Shown here in pieces: positions 10,114 to 20,258 of a DNA stretch of 64,000 bases. The notes below the pieces were generated by a model. The model was not told where the DNA came from and did no database searches. It saw only the letters and a list, made by a program, of their open reading frames with translations. The stretch comes from an uncultured bacterium (GTDB lineage Bacteria > Zixibacteria > MSB-5A5 > GN15 > FEB-12): NCBI GenBank assembly GCA_965372795.1, contig CBDVDR010000002.1, forward strand, positions 96,001-160,000, in the 5' to 3' direction. Numbering within the stretch: position 1 is the stretch's first letter; every line of letters begins with the position of its first letter. Position numbers and translations under genes: made by a program.

Positions 10114-11130
10114 ATGGTCGATACTACTGAGAAAAACGACTCCAAAAAGAAAAAAGAGACAATCCTTTCCGGAATGCAGCCTACCGGATCGCTTCATATT
10201 GGCAATCTTGAGGGAGCTTTACGAAATTGGGTAAAACTTCAGGATGATTACTGGATGTTTACCTGTATTGTGGACTGGCATGCCTTGACGGCGGAGTATA
10301 AAAATCCTTCGATTCTCAAAGATAATATCTATAATATGACAATAGATTTTCTTTCTGCCGGTTTAGACCCTGATAAATGCGCTATTTTTATCCAGTCGGA
10401 AGTCAAAGAGCACGCCGAGCTTCATTTGTTGTTTTCAATGCTGATAACGGTGCCGACTTTGACCCGTCTGCCTACGTATGTTGAGAAAAAAGATTATCTC
10501 GATTCTTACGGTTTTTTGGGGTATCCGGTTTTGCAGGCGGCTGATATCTGTTTGTATAATGCTGATAAAGTTCCAGTGGGGAAAGATCAGGAAAAACATA
10601 TCTGGCTGGCGAGTGATCTGGCTAAGCGGTTTAATTCGACTTATAAAAAGACATTTATTGAACCGCAGGCTCTGTTTACAAAGATTCCTTTGATTCGCGG
10701 CGCTGATAACCGGAAGATGTCAAAGTCGTATGATAATCATATTCCGTTTGAGTATACCGAAAAGCAGACCGAGAAACGGTTAAGATCATTTTATACCGAT
10801 CCGACCAAACTGAGGAAAGGTGATCCGGGTCATCCTGATGAATGTCCGATTTATCTATTACATTTGATCTATACTGAAGATCCTGAAACAGAGATTGCTC
10901 CGGATTGCAAATCGGGAGTATTAGGGTGTGTGGATTGTAAAATGAAATTATCGGCAAATCTTAATGAGGCACTTCGTCCGATCCGCGATAGGCGGGTTGA
11001 ACTGTTAAAACAACCGGATTATATCTGGGATGTTTTGAAGGTTGGCGCTGACCAGGCGCGAGTGCGAGCGCAGAATGTTATGGGGAAAGTTTATAAAGCT
11101 ATGAAAACTAATTATCGAGGCAATAAATAA
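10114..11130 (+). CDS. trpS: Tryptophanyl-tRNA synthetase
   Basis: SGMQPTGSLHIGN (HIGH motif), KMSKS, VPVGKDQ, Cys cluster C..G..GCVDCK. Confidence 0.97.
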   Translation: MVDTTEKNDSKKKKETILSGMQPTGSLHIGNLEGALRNWVKLQDDYWMFTCIVDWHALTAEYKNPSILKDNIYNMTIDFLSAGLDPDKCAIFIQSEVKEHAELHLLFSMLITVPTLTRLPTYVEKKDYLDSYGFLGYPVLQAADICLYNADKVPVGKDQEKHIWLASDLAKRFNSTYKKTFIEPQALFTKIPLIRGADNRKMSKSYDNHIPFEYTEKQTEKRLRSFYTDPTKLRKGDPGHPDECPIYLLHLIYTEDPETEIAPDCKSGVLGCVDCKMKLSANLNEALRPIRDRRVELLKQPDYIWDVLKVGADQARVRAQNVMGKVYKAMKTNYRGNK

Positions 11131-11132
11131 AA

Positions 11133-11939
11133 ATGGATGCACCTGTGAAAAACCAAGACAGCAATTATCTGGTCGACATCACGATTTTCCAGGGACCGCT
11201 TGATCTTCTGCTTTATCTGATCAGGAAGGAAGAGGTCGATATTTATGATATTCCGGTTTCGAAAGTAACCCGGCAGTATCTTCAGTATCTTGAAATGATG
11301 AATACTTTGAATTTGGAAATTGCCGGTGATTATATTTTTATGGCGGCTACTTTGATCAGAATAAAATCCAGAATGCTTTTGCCGCGCGATGAATCGGATA
11401 CCGAAGAAATGGATCCCCGTGAAGAGCTGGTCATGGCTTTGATGGAGTATAAAAAATACAAGGAAGCCGGTGAGATATTCCGTGAACAGGCCGTTATGGA
11501 GGAGCGTAATTTTGTTCCACCGTCACCGGTCGGATCATTTAAGGGGAAAGTTGATTTGACCCCCTCGACTACAATTTTTGATCTTCTGACGGTTTTTAAA
11601 GAAGTGTTAGAAGGACGCACCGAAGAGATTGTGCACCATGTGGATGTAGAAGAAATTTCTATTGAAGATAGAATACAATATGTGATGAACTATTTGAGCG
11701 CGAATGAGTTTGCAACTTTTATAGATTTGTTTAATGACATGCCCAAAAAAATCGTAGCAGTTGTGACATTTATTGCGATATTGGAATTGACCCGTTCGCG
11801 AAGAATTACAATCCGACAATCATTTCCTTTTGAAGAATTGAGAGTTTACCGCGGAGAAGATTTTGACAAGCCGATTAAGGCTATTGATCTTGTCGATGTA
11901 AAAGGAGTTCTTGAAGAGGTGGAGAAAGTATATGACTGA
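11133..11939 (+). CDS. scpA: Segregation and condensation protein A
   Basis: FQGPLDLLLYLI...DIYDIP; IKSRMLLP; VVTFIAILEL. Confidence 0.95.
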   Translation: MDAPVKNQDSNYLVDITIFQGPLDLLLYLIRKEEVDIYDIPVSKVTRQYLQYLEMMNTLNLEIAGDYIFMAATLIRIKSRMLLPRDESDTEEMDPREELVMALMEYKKYKEAGEIFREQAVMEERNFVPPSPVGSFKGKVDLTPSTTIFDLLTVFKEVLEGRTEEIVHHVDVEEISIEDRIQYVMNYLSANEFATFIDLFNDMPKKIVAVVTFIAILELTRSRRITIRQSFPFEELRVYRGEDFDKPIKAIDLVDVKGVLEEVEKVYD

Positions 11940-12789
11940 TAATAATGTAGCCATCGTTGAAGCTTTGGTTTTAGCCTCACCGGAACCTATTACGGCAAAG
12001 AAAATTGTTGAGGTTTTGGATGACATGACTTCATCAAAGGTAAAAGATGCGATTGAAGAATTAAACAGCAGGTATTCAGAGACCGGATGCGCCTATCGAA
12101 TCAGAAACATTGCCGGCGGTTTCCAGTTTTATATTATTCCTGAATTCACCGGTTATGTTGAGGAGCTTTTTACCCGGCGGCGTAAAATGCGTTTAACCCG
12201 GGCGGCTCTTGAAGTGATGGCAATAATTGCCTATCGTCAGCCGGTGACTAAAACTGACATCGAACATATCCGGGGGGTAGCCTCGGATGGGGTTATTCAT
12301 AATCTGCTTGAGAAAAAACTAATTACAATGAGAGGTCGGGCTGTTACTGTGGGCCGTCCGTTACAATACGGTACGACTGATGATTTTCTTAAATTCTTCG
12401 GTTTGAATAAACTTGAAGATCTGCCGAAAATGTCTGAAATTGAGGAACTTATCAAAGCCGCCGAACCGACTAATCAGACCGAACTTAATCTATTAGATGA
12501 GATATCTGAAGAAAATAGTCATAAGCTTAATATTGCCGACGGAACTTACACGCCTGAAAAAAGCGAAAAGGTTAACGAAGTTAACGTGGCTAACGAGGTT
12601 AACGACATTAACATGGACAAAGCAGACGACCAGATAGAGGTTGACAAAGGGGATGAGTTGAATGATACTAAGGCGGAAAAAGTTGAAGAAACTAATGAGT
12701 CCGCCGCTGATTTAGATGATTCGGTGGAAGATTCTGAAACAGAGGATAATGCCCATGCGGGAATTATTATTGATATCGACGCGACTTAA
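11932..12789 (+). CDS. scpB: SMC-Scp complex subunit ScpB with acidic C-terminal tail
   Basis: LTRAALEVMAIIAYRQPVT...IRGV; GRPLQYGTT..FL..FGL..L..LP; ATG at 11932 chosen for its RBS. Confidence 0.95.
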   Translation: MTDNNVAIVEALVLASPEPITAKKIVEVLDDMTSSKVKDAIEELNSRYSETGCAYRIRNIAGGFQFYIIPEFTGYVEELFTRRRKMRLTRAALEVMAIIAYRQPVTKTDIEHIRGVASDGVIHNLLEKKLITMRGRAVTVGRPLQYGTTDDFLKFFGLNKLEDLPKMSEIEELIKAAEPTNQTELNLLDEISEENSHKLNIADGTYTPEKSEKVNEVNVANEVNDINMDKADDQIEVDKGDELNDTKAEKVEETNESAADLDDSVEDSETEDNAHAGIIIDIDAT

Positions 12790-12841
12790 CAGCTTCGATA
12801 TCAGAATAAGAGCACAATATTTTTAGTCCGGGATCGCCTTT

Positions 12842-13573
12842 TTGATTAGAATAAATAAATATCTTTCGATATGCGGTGTAACTTCAAGACGTGGTGCAGA
12901 GACCCTTATTGCTGACGGCAAAGTTACTCTCAATAATAAAACAATTGAACAGCAGGGTGTATTAATTGATGAAACTAAAGATGTTGTTAGAGTAAACGGC
13001 ACGGTTGTTACCCCTGTTGATGAGAAGGTTTATCTGGTATTTAACAAACCATCCGGTGTCATGACCACGTTGTTTGATCCCTTTAAAAGAAAAACAGTAG
13101 CCAGTTATTTGAAAGATTTTCGGTGTCGGGTTTATCCGGTTGGTCGACTCGATTTTGATACGAATGGAGTTTTACTTCTGACTAATGATGGCGACCTTGC
13201 TTACCGGCTGACTCATCCCAAGTATCAGGTGAAAAGGGTTTATGAGACAAAAGTCAAAGGCAAATTTTTAAAAGAGTCGGCTCTGTTAATTCAAAAAGGG
13301 ATTAAACTCGAAGATGGGGCAATTGGCAAGGCGGTTAAAGTTGATATCCTGCAAGTCAGCAGTCGCTGGTCGCGCCTTCGGATTGTACTGACTGAGGGCA
13401 GGAAGCGAGAGGTTAAGCAGCTTTGTAAAAATGTCGGCCATGCGGTCCTTAGGCTAACACGGGTAGATTTTGCGGGTATCAATGTACGCGGAATGTTGAG
13501 CGGCAGTTATCGAGTTCTTAGTGATCAGGAAGTCAAAAATTTAAAGAAACTGGTCGTTATAAAAGAGAAGTAA
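12842..13573 (+). CDS. rluB: 23S rRNA pseudouridine synthase (RluB/RsuA family)
   Basis: S4 domain, GRLD motif, GVLLLTNDG, EGRKREVK; scpAB-rluB synteny. Confidence 0.88.
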   Translation: MIRINKYLSICGVTSRRGAETLIADGKVTLNNKTIEQQGVLIDETKDVVRVNGTVVTPVDEKVYLVFNKPSGVMTTLFDPFKRKTVASYLKDFRCRVYPVGRLDFDTNGVLLLTNDGDLAYRLTHPKYQVKRVYETKVKGKFLKESALLIQKGIKLEDGAIGKAVKVDILQVSSRWSRLRIVLTEGRKREVKQLCKNVGHAVLRLTRVDFAGINVRGMLSGSYRVLSDQEVKNLKKLVVIKEK

Positions 13574-13634
13574 AAAAAAACGAGCAAAGAATATCTTTGC
13601 CCGTTCTCAGAAAATTTCAAATTCAATCAATCAA

Positions 13635-14129
13635 TTAATATTCTTCTAAATTATTCCATTCGGCATCAGCCAGCCATTGGGTGGGACGATCTAAAAATTG
13701 AATAACATTTTCCATAGTAACCCAATGTTTATGTTCTTCATCGGCAATCTGGTTGAAAATAGTTTTTTGGTTTTCATCATCAAGTTCTTCCGCTTTTTCA
13801 CGGTAGAAAGCTTCCGATTTTTTTTCAACTTCTTTAGCATGTTCCCAGATCGCTTTAGCTTCTTCAGCAAAGTCCAGTTTTTGATTTTCAGATTTGAGGA
13901 CATCAAAAACATTTTTTACCGAAGTAAAAATAGTAGTTGAGTCAGCTTGTTCGTATTCAGCTTCCAGCCCGTCCCGCATGGCTTTAAAAATATTGTAGTG
14001 TTTTTCTTCATCCGAGGCCAGTTCGAGCAGAATTTCTTTTAGTTTGGGATGTTCGACGGTTTCAGAATGTTTTTCATAATATTCTTTTCCATCGAGTTCC
14101 ATTTGCATGGCAAATTCAAATACGTTCAT
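13635..14129 (-). CDS. Rubrerythrin/ferritin-like diiron protein
   Basis: Two E...ExxH units (EEKH, EHKH) in tandem helical pairs. Confidence 0.85.
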   Translation of the reverse strand: MNVFEFAMQMELDGKEYYEKHSETVEHPKLKEILLELASDEEKHYNIFKAMRDGLEAEYEQADSTTIFTSVKNVFDVLKSENQKLDFAEEAKAIWEHAKEVEKKSEAFYREKAEELDDENQKTIFNQIADEEHKHWVTMENVIQFLDRPTQWLADAEWNNLEEY

Positions 14130-14289
14130 GATATCTCCAAAAAAAAATTAAAGTTCGTCACTTTGTTGCTAATAAATGAATATACGCATCAGTTTGTCAA
14201 CCGGATAAACAATTTATCTGCAAATTTGTTCCGCACCAGACGTCGATGTCTGAACTTGATAAATTATTATTATTCATTATCTTGGGCAG

Positions 14290-15261
14290 ATGAATTTGAG
14301 AAAGAAATTATTATTATTTATCCTTTGTTTTACCATTTGGGGTTTGATTGTCGTTGCAGACGATAATTTAAAAACCGGAGTAGAAAAAGGATATTTTATT
14401 TATCATTATGATAATGAAGCTTTTATTCCCCGATCTGAAATTAAATTAAACGAGACTCGAATCAAACTTATATCAATCCTGAATGATACCCTGAATTATA
14501 AGCCGGCCGTTTATCTGATTGAAGAACAACAAAGATTTGATCAAATTACGCAAGGGAGGATGCCTGATTGGGGGATTGCGGTAGCTTTGCCGGAACGGAA
14601 GTTGATAGCTTTAAAAGCTCCGGATAAGTTTAATCTGAATCGTTCGCTGGAAGAGTTGCTGGCTCATGAATACAGCCATCTGGCAATCGCACACCGAGTC
14701 GGGTTTCATAGGGTTCCGCGCTGGTTAAATGAAGGCATGGCGATGTATACTTCAATGGAATGGAGCTGGTCGGATAATCTGGCCATGAGCCGGGCGGCGG
14801 TATTTGGACAGTTGTTGAATTTGATTGATATCGAAAAGGTCAATCAATTTTCAGCCGGCAAAGCTCAGCTTTCGTATGCCGAGTCGTATCTGGCGGTTGA
14901 TCATTTTATTAAAGAATTCGGGTTAAAATCTCTAAACATATTTCTTGATCAGATCGCAGCCGGGGAGACAGTAAATAATTCATTTATCACAGCGACCGGA
15001 TATACGTATCAGGAGTTTGATGATGAGTTTAAAGCAAATTTGATGAAACGCTATAACATAGTGAGTTTATTTATGGACACAATTCTATTTTGGTTGTTCC
15101 TTGCCGTATTAGTCATAGTGGGCGGTTTTATGAAGTTTAAAAAACGGCGCGAATATTTTAAGCGTTGGGAAGAGGAAGAAAAATTGCATTCGACCGATTT
15201 TGATTACGGCGACCCTGATAATCCAGAAAAAATTGATGATGACGAACCATGGCGAAGTTAA
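14290..15261 (+). CDS. Peptidase MA-like zinc metallopeptidase with C-terminal TM anchor
   Basis: LAHEYSH (HExxH) and PRWLNEG; signal peptide; TM near C-terminus. Confidence 0.8.
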   Translation: MNLRKKLLLFILCFTIWGLIVVADDNLKTGVEKGYFIYHYDNEAFIPRSEIKLNETRIKLISILNDTLNYKPAVYLIEEQQRFDQITQGRMPDWGIAVALPERKLIALKAPDKFNLNRSLEELLAHEYSHLAIAHRVGFHRVPRWLNEGMAMYTSMEWSWSDNLAMSRAAVFGQLLNLIDIEKVNQFSAGKAQLSYAESYLAVDHFIKEFGLKSLNIFLDQIAAGETVNNSFITATGYTYQEFDDEFKANLMKRYNIVSLFMDTILFWLFLAVLVIVGGFMKFKKRREYFKRWEEEEKLHSTDFDYGDPDNPEKIDDDEPWRS

Positions 15262-16136
15262 GCCATAGATTCGAATATTTATTTGCGCTGGTAATTCAAA
15301 CGATTGCCTGTCTGCTTTCTGAAAAAACTGCGGATGTTTTTGGACGGTATCTGGGGAGGATGGTCTGTTTTTTCTGGGGTTCAAGGAGAAAGATTGCCTT
15401 TGACAACCTTAAAAGTACAATCGGTAAAAATTTAAGCGATTCTGAAATTGATAAAACGGTTCGGTTAGTATTTGAAAATATAGGACAAACATTTATAGAA
15501 GTTGCCCGATTCAAGCTGATTACTCCAAGTCGTGCCCGTGAGATAGTTTCAACCGGCTGGGAAGATTCTTTACGAAAAATACAGGGTGAAGGGAAGGGCG
15601 GGATTCTTTTTACAGCTCATTATGGGAACTGGGAGTTACTCGGACATTTTTTACATGCCGAAGGGTTTAAGACTGATTACCTGGTCGTTACGCAGCATAA
15701 TGTTCTGTTTGATGAACTTCTTGAAAAAGCCCGAAAGTCCGTTGATGTGGAAATCATCCATACCGATAAAAGTATGCGGGGAATCTATCGTTCCTTTGAA
15801 AAAAATAAATTTGTTGCGATAGCTTCAGATCAACATGATCCATCAAAAAGCTTAATAATGGATTTTTTAGGCAAACCGGCTGCGGTTGCGAAAGGGGCGG
15901 CAGTATTGGCGCTTCGGATCGGAGTGCCGTTGATTCCAATTCTTACCCGCAGAGTACGATACGATCAGTTTGAACTGATAACCGATGAACCAATCTATCC
16001 GCCTGATGGCGGGGTGACTGATGAAAACATCAAATTCATAATGAATAAGTACCATGAGTTTTTAGAAAAACAGATCAGGTTATATCCCGGACAATGGCTC
16101 TGGACGCATCGGAGGTGGAAAATAAAGGAACAGTAA
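15249..16136 (+). CDS. Lipid A biosynthesis acyltransferase (LpxL/HtrB family)
   Basis: TAHYGNWE, DQ motif, PGQWLWTHRRWK. Confidence 0.88.
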   Translation: MAKLSHRFEYLFALVIQTIACLLSEKTADVFGRYLGRMVCFFWGSRRKIAFDNLKSTIGKNLSDSEIDKTVRLVFENIGQTFIEVARFKLITPSRAREIVSTGWEDSLRKIQGEGKGGILFTAHYGNWELLGHFLHAEGFKTDYLVVTQHNVLFDELLEKARKSVDVEIIHTDKSMRGIYRSFEKNKFVAIASDQHDPSKSLIMDFLGKPAAVAKGAAVLALRIGVPLIPILTRRVRYDQFELITDEPIYPPDGGVTDENIKFIMNKYHEFLEKQIRLYPGQWLWTHRRWKIKEQ

Positions 16137-16209
16137 ATTTAGGCAACTATGTGACTTTTGGAACGTAAAAGGTTTTTTAGAATGGAATGTGGTCAGAGAA
16201 AGGGAAAAT

Positions 16210-17466
16210 GTGAAAAAATATCTATTTGTCGGGATAGTTATAGTTGTATTAATCGTTGGTTATTACGGGGTGAATGCTCTATTCACCAAAACTTATGAAA
16301 TTCCAACCACCTCAATTACTAATAGTGAATTTGTAATTTCACTAAAAACAACGGGTCGGGTAGATGCGGTTCGGGCGGTAACATTGTCAACGCCGAGAAT
16401 TCGCGGTCTACAAATTACCTGGCTGGCTCCCGAAGGCATTATTGTCAAAAAGGGTGCTCCGATAATTAAATTTGATGCTTCGAAACAGATGTCGGATTTG
16501 GCGGATAATGAATCTGATCTTAAGATAAAAAATTCAGCCTTACAACGGACGCGTCAGGAATATAATATTCAGGAAAAACAGCTGACTCTTGATCTTGAAA
16601 AATCACGTCGGAATTATGATGAGAAAAAACATGAAGCGGTCCGTATCGGCGAAGAGGCTAAGATGGAACTGGAACTGGCGGAACTTAATTTTAATGCAAA
16701 ACTTGACCAGCTAAAAGCTGATGTTGAAAAAGCGGAGGTGGAAGTTCAGCGGGCGAAAGATAAAGTTCAGTTAGCCACTAAAGAATTAGCCCAGATGACA
16801 ATCAACGCTGCTATTCCCGGTCTGGTCGTCTATCTTGAGATTTGGAAAGGCGGGACAATGGATAAGGTGCAGGAGGGTGATTCCCCCTGGCCGGGTCAGG
16901 GTTTAGTGAATATTCCCGATCTGTCGGAGATGAAAATTGAGACGACCGTTTCAGAAGTGGATGCCAACAAAGTTGATACCGGTCAGGCTGTGGAAGTTGT
17001 GCTGGATGCGTTTCCTGATGAAGTTTACGAAGGAGTGGTACTGTCCAAAAGCACTCTTGCCCGTAGAAAAGAATCGGGCTCAAAGATAAATGTATTTGAT
17101 GTTGAAGTGGCAATTACAAAACAGGATAAAAATTTCAAACCGGGAATGTCAGCCTCGTGTAATATTATTATAGAAAGAATCCCCGAGGTTCTGTCGGTGC
17201 CGCTTGAGTCAGTATTTGAAAAAGACGGGATCACGGTTGTCTATTTGAAAAACAAAAAAATGCGGGAAGTTGAAGTGGGCCGCAGGAATGATATGTCGAT
17301 TGAAATTGTGAGCGGGCTTGACGGTGACGAGGAAATTTGTCTGGTCGATCCAACTCTGGACGAACAGGGACTGCCCGGAGAACGGGCAACCGAACCGGAG
17401 TTGAATAAGAAAAAGAAGAAGGGCGGGAAGCCGAACGGTACAAAGCGGGTTAAAAAAGGTAAATAA
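16210..17466 (+). CDS. MacA-like periplasmic adaptor (membrane fusion protein)
   Basis: N-terminal TM, coiled coil, lipoyl halves, KPGMSA; GTG at 16210 preferred as start. Confidence 0.85.
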   Translation: MKKYLFVGIVIVVLIVGYYGVNALFTKTYEIPTTSITNSEFVISLKTTGRVDAVRAVTLSTPRIRGLQITWLAPEGIIVKKGAPIIKFDASKQMSDLADNESDLKIKNSALQRTRQEYNIQEKQLTLDLEKSRRNYDEKKHEAVRIGEEAKMELELAELNFNAKLDQLKADVEKAEVEVQRAKDKVQLATKELAQMTINAAIPGLVVYLEIWKGGTMDKVQEGDSPWPGQGLVNIPDLSEMKIETTVSEVDANKVDTGQAVEVVLDAFPDEVYEGVVLSKSTLARRKESGSKINVFDVEVAITKQDKNFKPGMSASCNIIIERIPEVLSVPLESVFEKDGITVVYLKNKKMREVEVGRRNDMSIEIVSGLDGDEEICLVDPTLDEQGLPGERATEPELNKKKKKGGKPNGTKRVKKGK

Positions 17467-18776
17467 TGAATTACCAAAGAATTTTACAAGTTTCCCTCGG
17501 CGCTTTAACCGGTCACAAACTACGCACCTCACTTACGATGCTTGGTGTGATCTTTGGAGTCGCCGCAGTGATTGCAATGTTGTCAATTGGCGAAGGGGCA
17601 AAGCAGGAAGCGTTGGAACAGATTTCAATACTGGGGATTAATAATGTTATCGTCAATGCCAAGCCTCCCGAAGAAGGGCTTTCCTCTACTATAAACCTCG
17701 CCCGATCGCCCGGTCTTTCTATTCTTGACGGTGAAAATATTGCACAATTTTCTGCTATGATTGAGAATGTTATACCTCAACGGTATGAACCGATAACAAC
17801 CATTTATAATGGTTCTGAGGAAGCTTCCGTTCGAGTTGTTGCAACTAATCCCGATTTTGTATTAGCATCCTCGATAGAAGTTGAAACGGGGCGGTTCATT
17901 ACTGATCGCGATAATCAAGATTTTTCCCAGATTTGTGTTTTGGGCGCCAATGCGAAAAGGTCGCTTTTCATTTTTGATGATCCGATTGGAAAAAGCGTTA
18001 AAATCGGCGAATTGAGTTTTACGGTTGTCGGGGTGATGGCTGATAAATATATCGGGCGCGGCAAAGTTGAAGGGTTCGAGCTGAAAAATTTTAATGAAGA
18101 TGTTTATATTCCGTTAAAAACAGCCCAGAAGAAATTTGATCGCACCCAATTGAACAGCGGCGGGGGCGGCGGCAGGCATTTTTATAGATTTTCTTCGGGC
18201 GATAATGCTGATCAAAAATATAATACTCCGGAGTTGGATCAGCTGACGATTACAGTTACTGATCTTAAATATATTAAACCGGTAACAGCTCTGGTCGAGA
18301 AAATTCTGAGACGCAGACATTCGGGCGTTGATGATTATGAAATTGTGGTGCCGGAATCGCTGCTGAGACAGACTCGAAAAACTCAGCAGATATTTAATAT
18401 TGTGATGGGGGCGATTGCGGGGATTGCTTTACTGGTCGGGGGTATAGGAATTATGAATATTATGCTGGCAACGGTGCTTGAACGAACGCGTGAAATCGGT
18501 ATCAGGCGGGCAATCGGGGCAACCCAGGTAGATATTTTAAGACAGTTTTTAATAGAGGCGGTGGCAATTTGTTTGACGGGGTGCGGTATTGGCGTGCTGG
18601 TTGGAATTGTACTTGCCAAAGCCATCGCATTTTATGCTGACTGGCCGACAATCGTATCGTTTTTCTCAATCTTTTTGTCAGTTGGCGTATCAACAACGGT
18701 TGGGGTAGTTTTCGGATTGTATCCGGCAAGACAAGCCTCACGCCTGAATGTAATCGACGCCTTGCGGTATGAGTAA
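17466..18776 (+). CDS. MacB-family ABC permease without ATPase domain
   Basis: LTMLGVIFGVAAVIAM; GGIGIMNIML..V.ERTREIGIR.AIGA; YPA..A...ALRYE. Confidence 0.92.
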   Translation: MNYQRILQVSLGALTGHKLRTSLTMLGVIFGVAAVIAMLSIGEGAKQEALEQISILGINNVIVNAKPPEEGLSSTINLARSPGLSILDGENIAQFSAMIENVIPQRYEPITTIYNGSEEASVRVVATNPDFVLASSIEVETGRFITDRDNQDFSQICVLGANAKRSLFIFDDPIGKSVKIGELSFTVVGVMADKYIGRGKVEGFELKNFNEDVYIPLKTAQKKFDRTQLNSGGGGGRHFYRFSSGDNADQKYNTPELDQLTITVTDLKYIKPVTALVEKILRRRHSGVDDYEIVVPESLLRQTRKTQQIFNIVMGAIAGIALLVGGIGIMNIMLATVLERTREIGIRRAIGATQVDILRQFLIEAVAICLTGCGIGVLVGIVLAKAIAFYADWPTIVSFFSIFLSVGVSTTVGVVFGLYPARQASRLNVIDALRYE

Positions 18777-18806
18777 ATTTATAATGACGTTTCTGAATGG
18801 AGCCTT

Positions 18807-20258
18807 ATGTATCGAAGATTAATGATATTTCTATTTTGCACCATAGGCATTAGTGTAATTTCAATAAATGCAGCCGAGGTGATAACTCTTGATGATGCCT
18901 TAAACATTGCGATTGGTCACTCGAGCCGGGGAGAAATTATCAAGGGCAGTCTTGAAGTAGCCGAGAAACAGTACTTTGCCAAAAAGGTTAATTTTTATGT
19001 GCCAAAAGTAATGTTGAACAGCTCGCTGCCATCTTATTCAGTTAATGAATCGTTCCGGTTTTTCGGGGGAGCAACCCAAAAGTCATTATTCAAGACCACT
19101 GATTTTGATTTTCGTTCCAACATTCAACTGAATCAAAGTTTGATTACCGGCGGTGATTTGTCGGTGACGGCTAATTTGAATCGTTCCGATGCCAAATATC
19201 CAAACACCGCTTTAGGTCAGGAGATATCGGAGCTTTCACAATTAGGGTTTTTTGATTTTAATTTTGTTCAGCCGCTGCTCCAACCTTCAACCCCAAAATT
19301 TGATCTTAATAACAGTCGTGATGATCTTGAGATTGCGCGGCTGACCCAGCTTGAAGCTATAGGTTCGTTAAAAAGCGAAGTTACCGAATCTTATATGGGG
19401 GTGCTGGTGACAACTCTGCAAAAAGAGATTGTCGCTGATAAAATAGAATCAGCCTACCTTAAAGCGGGAATTGATTCGTTAAAATTAATCGATGGTGTAA
19501 TTTCTGAGGAGGACTGGCTGGAAACATCCTCGGCGTTCCTTGATGCGGAACTTGAGCAGTTTGAAATAACAAACCAGTACGATGAGAAAATCAGAGAATT
19601 AACGAATCTTTTGGATTTAGACAGTGATAAAGAATTTAAGGCAGAAATTCCGGTGGTTCCTTCGGTGTTGACTACTTCAGAAAAAAAGAAAGCAGTTGAG
19701 AACTGGGAACATTCGGCTTCATTAAAAAGAGCCAAGTATCAATATGAAAAGGAAAAAAGAGCGGCAGATTTTCAAGCCGGTTCGCATGGCTTAACGGGGA
19801 ATCTGACGGCCAATTATTCTCTGGGTCGAGGGAAGGTTAAAACTGATAGCCGTCCAGATGATGATATTGAAACCAACAGCTGGGGGCTGTCGATCAACCT
19901 GACTTATCCCTTGTGGGATGGGGGAGCCTCGAAAGCGGCGGTTAATGCGGCTTATCTATCGGCTGAAAAATCGAGACTTGAGTATGACAGTAAAAGGAAA
20001 TCTTCGCAGGCAGAAATTATTAATTTGATCAACCGGATTGATGTAAGTCATCGAAAATTGGAAGTGCTGAACAAACAGACGGATCTTGCCAGAAACAGAT
20101 TGAAAATTGCCCAGTTTCGGATGGATGACGGGCAGATTTCTAAAACTGAATATTTGAGCAGTCATATCGGACATCTTGAGGCACGAATTAAATATATTGA
20201 AGAATTAAAGAAAAATATAATTGACAGAATAACTTTGATGAGTCAATATAGATCATAA
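18807..20258 (+). CDS. TolC-family outer membrane efflux protein
   Basis: Signal peptide; two-repeat OEP architecture (..DGVIS / ..DGQIS; YPLWDGG). Confidence 0.8.
   Translation: MYRRLMIFLFCTIGISVISINAAEVITLDDALNIAIGHSSRGEIIKGSLEVAEKQYFAKKVNFYVPKVMLNSSLPSYSVNESFRFFGGATQKSLFKTTDFDFRSNIQLNQSLITGGDLSVTANLNRSDAKYPNTALGQEISELSQLGFFDFNFVQPLLQPSTPKFDLNNSRDDLEIARLTQLEAIGSLKSEVTESYMGVLVTTLQKEIVADKIESAYLKAGIDSLKLIDGVISEEDWLETSSAFLDAELEQFEITNQYDEKIRELTNLLDLDSDKEFKAEIPVVPSVLTTSEKKKAVENWEHSASLKRAKYQYEKEKRAADFQAGSHGLTGNLTANYSLGRGKVKTDSRPDDDIETNSWGLSINLTYPLWDGGASKAAVNAAYLSAEKSRLEYDSKRKSSQAEIINLINRIDVSHRKLEVLNKQTDLARNRLKIAQFRMDDGQISKTEYLSSHIGHLEARIKYIEELKKNIIDRITLMSQYRS

Noticed and set aside
12571..12615. 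9-nt tandem repeat (GTTAACGAA-like x5) in scpB
   Set aside because: In-frame low-complexity expansion in a disordered acidic tail; no sign of phase variation
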